DNA of 64,000 nucleotides from the human T2T-CHM13v2.0 reference genome, Homo sapiens: NCBI GenBank assembly GCA_009914755.4, contig CP086569.2, positions 15,872,001 to 15,936,000 of the forward strand, read 5' to 3'. Shown piece by piece: positions 13,561 to 24,874 of this stretch (position 1 is its first letter; each line of letters starts with the position of its first letter). The notes under the pieces were generated by a model. It saw only the letters and a program-made list of their open reading frames with translations, ran no database searches and was not told where the DNA came from. The position numbers and the translations under genes were made by a program.

Positions 13561-15831
13561 GTGTACTATTTTTCTAGGTAAAGACAGCTCTAATGGCTTC
13601 CATTTGGCTTTTCCCACCATGATACTCTTCACCCTGCCAGTCAGGAGGCCAATGTGGGGATTCTGCCACCTGCTAATTATGTCTATGCTAATTATGCATT
13701 CTGGCACTTGGCAAATGACCACAGGATGAGACTGAGGACCCATCAGATCTACTGCAAGTTGGACCTTAGATAAAACTCCATTAATTACATAACGTAAATA
13801 CCCCCTACTTTAACTGGAGAACCACATTGTTGCTTTGGGTCCCCTGGAATCAACAACAGCTCAGAGCTAGCTTGCAGTAGTCTCTGAAATGTCTGATCAT
13901 TTCCTTTTCCCCAATGGATGGTTACCCTGTTAAAAGGCTAGAGGTCTCCTTGGAGTAGGACGGGAGGAAAATTTACAGCCTACATTGTCAGTAATGTAAT
14001 GGGGTCCTTCCTCAAGGGGACCTGGCCTCCCCTTTATTCAAGGGATTCTTGGTCTGTAAACTGGATCAAGACTGGAAATTGATGGAAGGGCTGTGATTCT
14101 CTGTTTTTATAATTCAAATGAGTCTTTTGTCCATTCGATCTAGAATTTTTCTGCTTATACAAGTTAAGTAGGAATCCAGTAATTCAGCTGTATCAAGCAG
14201 AGGAATCCAGTAATTCAGCTTCCTATCAATTTCACTTCAAGGAACACTGTGATTAATCAGCCAATGCCAGAGCTCTACCTGCATCAGACTATTCTAATTG
14301 CTGCTTTGCCTCTGCTGTCCATTACAGAAGCTTCACCCACCTTGCCTTTAATGATTGAGTGCTGCCACTTTCCCCTTACCACCGGAGGATTCAATTATTC
14401 CCATTGTATTTAAATGTTAAATTTAATTGTATTTAATTTTTAAGTTTTGTAGCTGAGTGACTGTGGTTCCCACTGTGAGATCTGTTACACAGAGAAAAGC
14501 AATTACAGGGCTCTTAAAAGATGCCGGTGCTATGCTCACAAATCTATTTCTCAAAGCATTGGTCAAGTGTATACCTTCTGAACTTTCCCAGCTGGGATGA
14601 GGAGGTCTAAAGTGAATAATTCACTCCGCCGTTCCAATCGCCCTGAACATTTTGATCTCTTCCCCTACACTAAATGAAGGGAGATCAGGCATTTCCAGCT
14701 CACACACGGTGGGCCATCTTGTAATTCATATTTCAGCTAACCAAGCAAATAAATTATTAGAACATTTTTTAACTCCCTGAGTTGAAACAGTAAATGCAGT
14801 GTCCCTACTTAGTGGGCACACATCAATAAATTCAGCCAAATCCAACTCTGCATCAGCCCTATCCAACTCTATCTTCCTTCCATTATCCCACACTCTTAAT
14901 ATCCATTCCTATGCCTGATCTCCAGATTTCTGTTTATATAAATTAGAAAACCTAAGCAGTTGTTTTTGATAGTAGGATCTCAACTTTATCTCTAGGGTTC
15001 TGCCAGGACTTTCATCTAGTTACAGGTCTAGAAGCAAACAGAGGTGTTGGGGGTGGTTCCTGGAGAAAATCAACATTCTCTTGCCTGGCAACTGCCTCAG
15101 GAGAAGCCATCATTGTTGCCTCAGGCAGTGCAGGGTTTATCTCCTTAGACAAATGTGGAAAGGCTGTCTGGAAAAAAAGATTCACCTGGGTTTGCAAACT
15201 CAGTGTCCCTAACTTCATCAGGGTCCTCCCACATGTCCCCATTCCAAGTTGAAGGGTCTCATTCTTTTCCAATCAATTCCCTCACTTTAACAACAGACAC
15301 GTTGAAAGGGGTTGTGTGCACCTTTTGTTGCAGGTCAGCCATTTGCATAATAACAGCTTCTGTCTGTTTTTCCACAATTTCAACTCTTTCCCTATGGGAG
15401 ATAAGACTCTCACACAGGTCAATCTTAGCAGACGTGGGGCTTAATATATACTTCTGAAGCTGGGAGATAGAATCCCCAAGTTCATCATTTTTTTTTTTTT
15501 GGCATTTTGTCCACTGAACTTAGGAGCAACCAATCAGCTTCGTTGTGTTCCTTGGTTCTCCACATGTGGTAAAAAGTATTATGTATAGAGTCACTAAACT
15601 CCGTCCCTCTCATGAGTGATGAATAAGTAGTGTCAAATGCATTTATTTTGCATAACTCTCAAAATAGTTCATGCCAAGGACTATCAGTGTTCTACATACA
15701 ATTAGAAGTAGGGTCCTTAGAATTTTTGGGTCTAATTATATGAAGCAACCAACTGCAGAAACCCCCAAATCAACAAAAGAATTCCATTCTTAATATTCTG
15801 TTACTCTAGAACCATTCCTAGTACAAAAATC

Positions 15832-16512
15832 TGAATTAGTCAGAGTTATCTAAAGGAACAGAATTAATGAGAAATATATATATATATATAAAATGTATAC
15901 ATATATGTAATATATATATAGACACACACACAGTGGAACTCTGTGTTTGTGTATATACACACATATATCTGTATATATTTGTACATATATATGTGTATAT
16001 ATATATATACACACAGACACACATAATGGAACTATACACGCACACACATATATATATATACACACACATATATGTAGAAAAAGAGAGAGGTAAAGATATT
16101 ATTATAGATAGTTTATTAACTATTAACTCATATTTTATTACGTATTAACTCACATGATCATAAGGTCCCACAATAGGCCACCTGCAGGTTATGGAGCAAG
16201 AAGAGCCAGTCTCAGTTCCAAAACTGAAGAAATTGAAGTCCAGTGTTTGAGGACAGGAAGTATCCAGTGTGAGAGAAAGATGTAGGCTGGGAGGTTAGGC
16301 CAGTCTCTCTTTTTAAAATTTTCTGCCTGCTTATATTCTGGCCACACTGGCAGGTGATTAGATTGTGTCTGCCCAGATTAAAGGTGAGTCTGCATTTCCC
16401 AGCCCACTGAATCAAGTGTTAATCTCCTTTGAGAAAACCCTCACAGACACACTCAAGATCAGTACTTGTTTCCTTCCACCCAATCAAGTTGACAATCAGC
16501 ATAACCATCACA
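15832..16512 (-). mobile_element. HERV-L 5' LTR (MLT2-like) carrying an internal compound microsatellite
   Basis: The partner of 9455-10146; see that entry. Similarity to the other copy ends at 16512 (..ataaccatcaca|tccactttt). Confidence 0.75.
15880..16080. repeat. Compound microsatellite (TA/CA/TATG/GA) inside the HERV-L 5' LTR, at the equivalent position to 9480-9765
   Basis: atatatatatatataaaatgtatacatatatgtaatatatatatagacacacacacag..tatatacacacatatatctgtatatatttgtacatatatatgtgtatatatatatatacacacagacacacat..acacatatatatatacacacacatatatgtagaaaaagagagagg. Confidence 0.95.
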
Positions 16513-16789
16513 TCCACTTTTTAGCTATTGCAAAACATACAAAAAAAAATACTAACTATAATCATTCTATTGTGCTTCCCAATACTAGATACTATTCATT
16601 CCACCTAAACGTATTTTTTGTACTTATTAACCATCCCCACTTTATGCCCCATTGTTCTCTACACTTCCTAGCCTCTGGTAACCGTCATTTTCCTTTATAT
16701 GTCCATGACTTTAATTTTTTGACAGTTTTACCTCCCACATATTAAGGAGAACATGGAAAATTTGTCTGTCTAGCCTATGTTCTTTCACC

Positions 16790-17065
16790 TAACATAATGA
16801 TCTCCATCTCTATCCTTGTTGGTGTGAATGACAGGATTCCATTGTTGGATACGCAGGTTGTTTCTAAATTTTGGCTATTGCAAATAGAGATGCAATAAAC
16901 ATAGGAGACAGATATCCTTTCTATATACTAATTTTCTTTCTTTTGGATGAATAACCAGTATTGGGATGGCTGGATCATAGGGTAGCTCTGTTTTTAGGTT
17001 TATGGGGAAACTCCATACTCTTCTCTGTAATGACTACACTAATTTACATTCTACCGTGGAAAGTT
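16790..17065 (-). mobile_element. Old LINE-1 (L1M/L1PB-like) ORF2 C-terminal-region fragment, antisense
   Basis: ..gtgaatgacaggattccattgttggatacgcaggttgtttctaaattttggctattgcaaatagagatgcaataaacatagga..ggatgaataaccagtattgggatggctggatcatagggtagctctgtttttag..ggaaactccatactcttctc..aatttacattctaccgtgg parallels the antisense L1 consensus (..ggacatttaggttgtttccacattttggctattgtgaataatgctgc.atgaacat..gggtatatacccagtaatgggattgctgggtcaaatggta.ttctgtttttag..aatttacattcccaccaac). Confidence 0.65.
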
Positions 17066-17756
17066 TTAGGTTATATTGATATTGACATTTATTTTAAGAG
17101 AGTTAATTAGTTAATTAAATTTTAAGGTTGCTGCACAGAGATGAGCAGCTGGCATGGAATATTAGCCACAATCATCACAATCATCTCAACCTTATTATTC
17201 TCCTTCCTCTCTTTCTCCGTGTTTTTGGGAAGAGGTGATGATCTAGAGATTCTGAAGCATGGTAACATCACATAGATATTGTTTGCTTATTAGTTCTTCT
17301 GACACCTGCTCTTCAATGGAATGAGGTTGAGAGGGTAAAAAGGAAATATAATGTAGACACATTTCCCTTTTTTAAAAATGTGACTTAGATTGATGAGAGG
17401 GCGGGGTAAACTTTTTCCTATTAAAGCAAATGTTTACTAGGGTGTCGTAACAAAGTACCACACGCTGAACGTGGTTAAAAAGTAGAACTGTATTATCTCA
17501 AAGTTCTGAGGAACTTCTGGAGTTCTGACCAAAAGTCCAATATCCAGGTGTCTGCAGGACTGAGGGCTTTGAGCAAGAATCCCTCCCAAGTCTTTTTTTC
17601 TTTATTTTTTTTTTTATTTTTTTAATGTCAGGCATTTGGCTGACAATCTCTGGCATTGCTTGCCTTTTAGACACATCACCTGGATTTTTGCTTTTATTCA
17701 CATATGTTCTTCCCTCTCTGCACATGTTGGTGTCCAAATCTCCTATTTTTATAAGG

Positions 17757-18345
17757 ACTCTAGTAATATTGCATGGTGAGGCCAGCTAGACTTCCTGCAT
17801 TAAGTGGGGACTTGGGGAAATTTCCTGTCTGACAAGAGGACTGTAAAATGCACCAATCAGGAACTTTCCTGTGTTAAAAGAGGATTGTAAAATGCACCAA
17901 TCAGTGCTCTGTAAAATGCACCAAATAGCACTCCAAAAAACGCACCAGTCAGCACTCTGTAAAACGCACCCATCAGCAAGATTCTAAAAGTAGCCCATCA
18001 CGGGGAGGATTGTAAAAAGGGCACTCTGATAGGACAGAAATTAAACATGGGCAGGGAAAATAAGGGAATAAAAGATGGCCACCCCTGCCAGCAGCAGCAA
18101 CCTGCTCAAGTCCCCTTCCAAGCTCTGGAAGATTTGCCCTTTCGCTTTTCACATTAAACCTTGCTACTACTCACTCTTTGGGTCTGTGCCATCTTTAACA
18201 GCTGTAACACTCACCACGAAGGTCTGCAGCTCCATTCTTGAGGTCAGCAATATCACGAACCTACCAGCAGAAACCAGCTCCCCACACATCTTGGGGACTT
18301 GTCTGGGATATTGCCACGTGGTGAGTACCATCAGACCCTTTTAGC
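17757..18345 (+). mobile_element. 5' LTR (LTR12-like) with five copies of the gcaccaatcag-type enhancer/CCAAT repeat
   Basis: The repeat occurs at ~17848, 17888, 17908, 17933 and 17958 (tgcaccaatcagg, tgcaccaatcagt, tgcaccaaatagc, cgcaccagtcagc, cgcacccatcagc). These are followed by ataagggaataaaagatggccacccctgccagcagcagcaacctgctcaag..gctgtaacactcaccacgaaggtctgcagctccattcttgaggtcagcaa. The 3' boundary is uncertain. Confidence 0.75.
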
Positions 18346-18423
18346 TTGCTATTCTGTCCAATTTTTTCTTAGAATTCAGGGGCTAAACACCAGGCACCTG
18401 TCAGCTAGTTAAAAGTGACTAGT

Positions 18424-18867
<444 letters not shown>

Positions 18868-19762
18868 TCAACAGAGAGGAAAGCCATTCAGCTCTGGGTT
18901 CCCGACAAAAACTTGATTGACCCTGCAGCCATGAATGGAACTCTCAAAGTTACTTTGCCCAAGCAAGACTCACCCTTCTATCCTATCTATCCTAACCCTT
19001 GCCTCCTGAGTCCTAATGCCTGTCAGACAAACTTCTTCTCACCTCTCTTCTCTGAGACTAGTTCTGCTTCTAAAAACTACTCCCAATCCCTGGTGCTCAT
19101 CTAGTTTCTCCTATAACGATGATTTCTAATATAAATTTCAGGACTGTTCCATTCCTTAGGCACCCGAGCTCACCAATCAGAAAGACACAATTTTTGCCTG
19201 AAGCCCCATCATGAGGGGACTATCTGGAATTTTAGGATCCCTCCTAAGACTAGGAGGCCTAACAAAGGCTGTTCCTGAAGCTAGGATATGGGGAGCCTGA
19301 GAAACTATAGACTCCAAAATTAGGGGGATATTCATATAGTGAGAAGTGAGAATAAAAGACATCACTCTTCCAACCCTGGAGATCACTTCCCTCCCTCAGG
19401 GTATGGCCCTTCACTATATTTTGAGGCATATCATCTTTATAGGACAAGGGTAAGTTCCCAATACTAAGAGGAGAATGCTTCAGATTCTAACAGGTTTTCA
19501 AGAATGCATCAGTAAGGGTCACTAAGTCTGATTTTTCTTGGTCTTCTTTGTGGTCTAAGAGGAAAGGCAAGGGTGCAGGTTTTTGAGAATGTGTCAGTAA
19601 GGGCCACTAAATCTGAACTTCCTCAGTCCTTTTTGTGATCTAGGAGGAAAACTAATATTTCTGCTGCTGCTTCAGTGAGTGCAACTATTCCGATCAGCAG
19701 GGTCCAGGGGCCATTGAGGGTTGTTGGGCAGGGGAAAAAAAAATATGGGTGTTTTTTTGTTT

Positions 19763-21270
19763 CAGATGGGAAACACTCAGGCATCAACAAGCTCAAACTT
19801 GAAATGTATCCTAAGCCATCAGGACCAATTTGACCTGCAAACCCTAAAAAGAAGCAGCTTATTTTTTTCTGCACTATGGCCTGGCCTCAATATTCTCTCT
19901 CTGATGGGGAAAAATGGGCCACTTGAGGGAAGTAAAAATTACAATACTATCCTGTAGCTTGACTTTTTCTGTAAGAGGGAAGGCAAATGGAGTGAAAAAC
20001 TTATGTCCAAGCTTTCTTTTCTTTGAAGGATAATCCATAACTATGCAAAGTTTGCAATCTACATTCAACAGGAGGAACTCTCAGCTTACCTCCATATTGT
20101 AGCCTCCCTAACAGCTCCCCTTCCTATTAATGATAAGCCTCCTCTAATCTCCCCCACACAGAAGGAAACAAGCAAAGAAATCTCCATGGTACCACAAAAC
20201 CTCCTGGGCTATGTGTTATGCCCCTTTCAAACTGTAGCAGGAGGGGAATTTGGCCCACCTGAGTACATGCCCCTTCTATCTCTCTGATTTAAGCAAATCA
20301 AGGTAGACCTTGGAAAGTTTTCAGATGATCCTGATAGGTATATTGATTTGCTTCTGTGTCTAGGGCAAACCTTCAACCTCACTTGGAGAGATGTCCTGCT
20401 GTTGTTAGATCAAACCCTGGCCTTTGAGGAAGAGAATGTGGCTTTAGCTGCATCCCAAGAGTTTGGAGATACCCGGTATCTCAATCAAGTAAGTGATCGA
20501 ATGACAGCTGAAGAAAGGAACAAATTCCCTACCAGCCAGCAAGCCATCCCCAGTATAAATCCCCACTGGGACATCAACTCAGATCATGGGGACTGGAGTG
20601 GAAACATCTGTTGACCTGTGTTCTAGAAGGACTAAGGAGAATTAGGAAAAAGCTCATGAATTATTCAGTGATGTTCACCATAACTCAGGGAAACGATGAA
20701 AATCCTACTACCTTCCTTGAGCTGCTATGGGAAGCCATAAGATAATATACTCCTTGTCACCTGACTCTCTCATGGGTCAATTGATCCTCAAAGATAAGTT
20801 TATTACCCAATCAGCCAAAGATGTCAGGAGAAAGCTCCAAAAGCGAGCCCTGGGCCCGGAATGAAATTTGGAGGCATTATTAAACCTGGCAACTTTGGTT
20901 TTCTGTTATAGGGAGCAAGAGGAACAGGCTGAAAAGGAAAAATGAGATAAGAGAAAGGCCACAGCCTTAGTCATGGCCCTTAGACAAACAAACCTTGATG
21001 GTTCAGAGAGGACAGAAAATGAAGCAGGCCAATCACCCAGTTGGGCTTCTTATCAGTGGGGTTTGCAAGGACACCTTATAAAAGATTGTCCAATGAGACA
21101 CAAGCCACCCCCTCGCCCATGCCCAGTATACTGAGGCAATCACTGGAAGCCACACTGCCCCAGAGGACAGAGGTTCTCTGGGCAAGAAGCCCTAAAACAG
21201 ATGATCCAATAACAAGACTGAGGGTGCCAGGGCAAGCGCCAGCTCACATCATCACCATTATTGAGCCCTA
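19763..21270 (+). pseudogene. ERV1 gag remnant (MA-CA-NC), multiple stops
   Basis: An MGNTQASTSSNLK.. myristoylation-type start at 19763; CA-like ..YIDLLLCLGQTFNLTWRDVLLLLDQTL..; an NC CCHC-type knuckle CPMRHKPPPRPCP..HWKPHCPRG. Confidence 0.75.
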
Positions 21271-24200
21271 GGTAACTTTAATTATTCAGGGCCTGGAAAT
21301 TGACTTCCTCTTGGACACTGGTGTGGCCTTATCTGTTAAGCTCCTACCTGGGACAGCTGTCCTCAAGGTCCATTGCCATCTGAGAAATCCTGGGACAGCC
21401 TAAAACTAGGATTTCTCCCATCTCAGTTGTAACTGGGAGACTTTGCCCTTTTCACATTCCTTTGTTTTCATGTCTGAAGGTCTCACACCCTTATTAGGGA
21501 GGGACATGTTAGCCAAACCTGAAGCTATTATCTACATGAATATGGTGAACAAGTTACCCATTTGTTTCCCCCTACTAGAAAAGGGAATCAACCCTGACGT
21601 CTGGGCATTGGAAGGACAGTTTGGAAGGGTAAAAGATGCCTGCCCAGTCCAAATCAGCCTGAAAGACTCCATCACTTTTGCTTCTCAAAGGCAATATCCC
21701 TTAAGGTCTGAATCTCATAAAGGATTACAGGATATCGTTAGACATTTAAAAGTTCAAGGTTTAGTAAGAAAATGCAGCACTCCCTGAAACACCCCACTTC
21801 TAGAAGCACAAAAACCAAATGGTCAGTGGAGTCTGGTGTAAGATCTTAGACTCATCAGTGAGGCAACAATTCCCTTATATTCATTTATACTAGTTGTACC
21901 CTATACCTTGCTCTCTCAAATGTGAGAGGAAGCAGAATGGTTCACTGTTCAGCATCTCAAGGATGCCTTCTTCATTACCCTGCACTCTGACTCCCAGTTT
22001 CTCTTTGCCTTTGAGAATCCCACAGACCACATATTCTAACATACATGGGCAGTCTTGCGTCAAGGGTTTAGGGATAGCTCTTATCTGTTTGGTTAGGCAC
22101 TGGCCCAAGATCTAGGTCACTTCTCAAGTCTAGGCACTCTGGTCCTTCAGCATATGGATGATTTACTTTTGGCTACCAGTTTGGAGGCCTTATGCCAGTG
22201 GCTACTCTAGATCTCTTGAACATTTTAGCTAATCAAGAGTACAAGATGTTTAAATTTAAGGCCCCACTCTGCCTACAACAAGTCAAATATCTACACCTAA
22301 TCTTAGCCAGAGGAACCAGGCCCCTCAGCAAGGAACAAACAGAGCATATGCTGGCTTGTCCTCCCCATAAGATATTAAAACGGCTGTGGGGGTTCCTTGG
22401 AATCACCAGCTTTTTCCAACTATAGATCCCTGGATACAGCAAGATGCCAGGCCCCTGTATATTCTAATCATGGAGAGCCAAACACAAATACTCATGTAGT
22501 TAAATGGGAACCAGAGGCAGAAACAGCCTTCAAAACCTTAAAGCAGGCCCTAGTACAAGCTCCAGACTTAAGCCTTCCCGTAGGACAAAACTTCTCTTTA
22601 TGTATCACAGAAAGAGCAGGAATAGTTCTTGGAGTCCTTATTCAGACTCGTGTGACAACCCCACAACCAGTGGCATACCTAAGTAAGGAAATTCACATAC
22701 TAGCTAAAGGCTGGTCTCACTGTTTATGAGTAGTTGCAGTAGTGGCTCTCTTAGTGTCAGAGACTGTCAAAACAATACAAGGAAAATTTCTCACTGTCTG
22801 GAGTACTCATGATGTAAATGGCATACTAAGTGCCCTAGGAAATTTATGGCTATCAGACAACAAGCTGTTTAGATACCTTAGCTAATCCTGACCTTAACCT
22901 ATAAAATGATTAAAGTTCATTTTGGGAGAATGGGATATGAAGGGAAGGTTATTCCATAGTTAGTGATGTTACAGTACTTGAAAGTAAGCCTGTTCACCCA
23001 GGGACCAGCACCCAGCTAACAGAACTAGTGATACTTACTCCAGACTTAGAACTGGGAAAGGAAAAAAAATAATAATAAATGTGTATACAGATAGTAGGTA
23101 TGCTTATCTAATCCTACATGCCCATGCTGCAACATGCAAAAAAGGGAGTTCCTAATCTCTGGGTGAAACCCCATTAAATACCACAAGAAAATAATGGAGT
23201 TATTGCATGCAGTGCAAAAACCCAAGGAGGTGGCCGTCTTATACTGCTGAAGCCATCAAAAAGGTGAAGGAGAAAAGGTAGAAGGAAACTATCAGGCCGA
23301 CACTGAAGCCAAAATTGCTGCCAGGTGGAACCTCCCATTAGAAGTATTTATGGAAGGACCCTTGATATGAAACAACCCTCTCCAAGAGATTAAGCCCAAG
23401 TAATCCTCGACTGAAACATAATGGGGAATTACACAGGGCATAGTTTTCTCCCCTTGTGGTGGTTAATGACAGAAGAGGGAAAATTACTCATACTCAAAGC
23501 CAGCCAGTGGAAAATACTTAAGACCCTCCACCAAACTTTTCATATGGGTATGGAGGACACTCATCCAATGGCCAAATCCCTATTTACTGGGCCAAATCTC
23601 CTCTGGACCATTCGACAAGTAGTCAAAGACTGTGGGGTGTGCCAAAGGAATAATTTCTTTGTCCATCATAAGGCACCTCTGGGGGAACAAATAATAGGGC
23701 ACTATCCTGGAGAGGACTAGTAGTTAGACTTCACCCATATGCCTAAGTCAAGATGATTTCAATACTTGTTGGTCTGTGATGATAGCTTTACAAATTGGAT
23801 AGAAGCCTTCCCCTGCAAGTCAGATATTGCTCAGTAAGTTGTTAAAGTCATAAGTCATAAAATCATTCCTAGATTTGGGCTTCCCCAAAGTTTACAAAGT
23901 GACAATCATCTGGCTTTTAAAGCCACAGAAACTCAGAGAATTTCCAGGGTGCTAGGGATACAATATCACCTTCACTGCACCTGGAGGCCACAATCCTCAG
24001 GGATGGTCAAGAAGGCAAATGATACACTCAAGAGGCACTTAAGGAAACTAACACAGGAAATTCATCTCCCATGGCCTACTCTCTTGCCCATGGCCTTGTT
24101 AGAATCTGGAATTCTCCTCACAAAGTGAGGCTTAGTCCATATGAAACACTGTAGGGATGACCTTTTCTGTAGGGATGACCTTTTCTCACAAATGACCTCC

Positions 24201-24650
24201 CACTTGATCAGGAAACAGCCAGATTGGTCAAATATATAACTTCATTTGCAAGACATCAACAAAACCTTAAAAACCTACCCAAAGGATGTCACAGAGAAAA
24301 GGGAACAGAGTTGTTCCAACTGGGAGATCTAGTTTTGATCAAGTACCTCCCCTCTACCATCTCCATCTATGGTTTCTTGGTGGGAAGGACCATACACAGC
24401 AACCCTCACTACCCCCACTGCCGTTAAGCTGGCAGAGTGTACTCTTGGATTCACCACACCAGAGTTAAACTTTGGACACCCCCTGAGGAACCTGTGGGAC
24501 CATCAGCTCAGGAGTCCCAAGATCAGCCAGACCAGCCTCCATACACCATTGGAAGACTTGCATCTCCTATTTCATAAGGAAACATCCCAGACCAAAAAGG
24601 CTCCTACAGCTGATCCTGAGAAAAAAACCTTTCCTACTTAAAATAAATAG
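21270..24650 (+). pseudogene. ERV1 pro-pol remnant (protease, RT, RNase H, integrase), multiple stops and frameshifts
   Basis: LLDTGVALSVKL (protease D-T-G); ..PLLEKGINPDVWALEGQFGRVKDACPVQISLKDSITFASQRQYPLRSESHKGLQDIVRHLKVQGLVRKCSTP (RT N-terminus); QHMDDLLLAT (RT); HQTFHMGMEDTHPMAKSLF..VKDCGVCQRNN and ..TNWIEAFPCKSDIAQ..LHCTWRPQSSGMVKKANDTLKRHLRKLTQE (integrase). Confidence 0.8.
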
Positions 24651-24874
24651 ATGAGTGAAAACCTACATAATCTTTACCACCTCTCCTTGCCCCTTTAATG
24701 AAATCGTTTTACTGTTTCATCACATTATTAAGCAGCATACTAACCATGCTCTTTGCAGTAAGACTATATAAAGTAGCTCCTTCTGGGATGAAAATCCTAA
24801 TCACATCAACCTTTTTTCTATCATCCTTCCTTCTGATAGCAATTTACTCCTACCTTTAACTCAGACTAGATAAA

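Larger units (their letters stand above)
9455..16512 (-). mobile_element. Near-full-length HERV-L (ERVL, class III) provirus with both LTRs
   Basis: Two ~85%-similar LTR copies in the same orientation (9455-10146 and 15832-16512). Read on the minus strand they start TGTGATGGTTA and end ..CTAATACA / CTAATTCA, like MaLR/MLT2 LTRs. Decayed minus-strand pol domains lie between them in the order RNase H (11721-11972: LLYTDSWAIANG..VLHVRAQQ..NNQVDRMT), then a possible integrase C-terminus (10870-11700), then dUTPase (10591-10866: GVIDPDYQDEISLLLYNGDKEEY). A dUTPase downstream of integrase, with no env, is the ERV-L hallmark. Confidence 0.75.

Noticed and set aside
13501..13743. 80-aa minus-strand ORF ending in a poly-lysine run, considered as a nuclear-localisation-type peptide or a protease fragment.
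   Set aside because: The K-run is the translation of the 35-nt poly-T/A homopolymer. The remainder (..IDIISRWQNPHIGLLTGRV..) may be a decayed ERV-L protease tail, but the evidence is too weak to report as a feature.
17840..17990. Five direct repeats of ~20-25 bp separated by short unique spacers, superficially like a CRISPR array.
   Set aside because: These are the LTR12 U3 enhancer/CCAAT tandem repeats (tgtaaaatgcaccaatcag..). The same motif recurs in the partner LTR at 26800-26880. The window is primate DNA, so it is not CRISPR.
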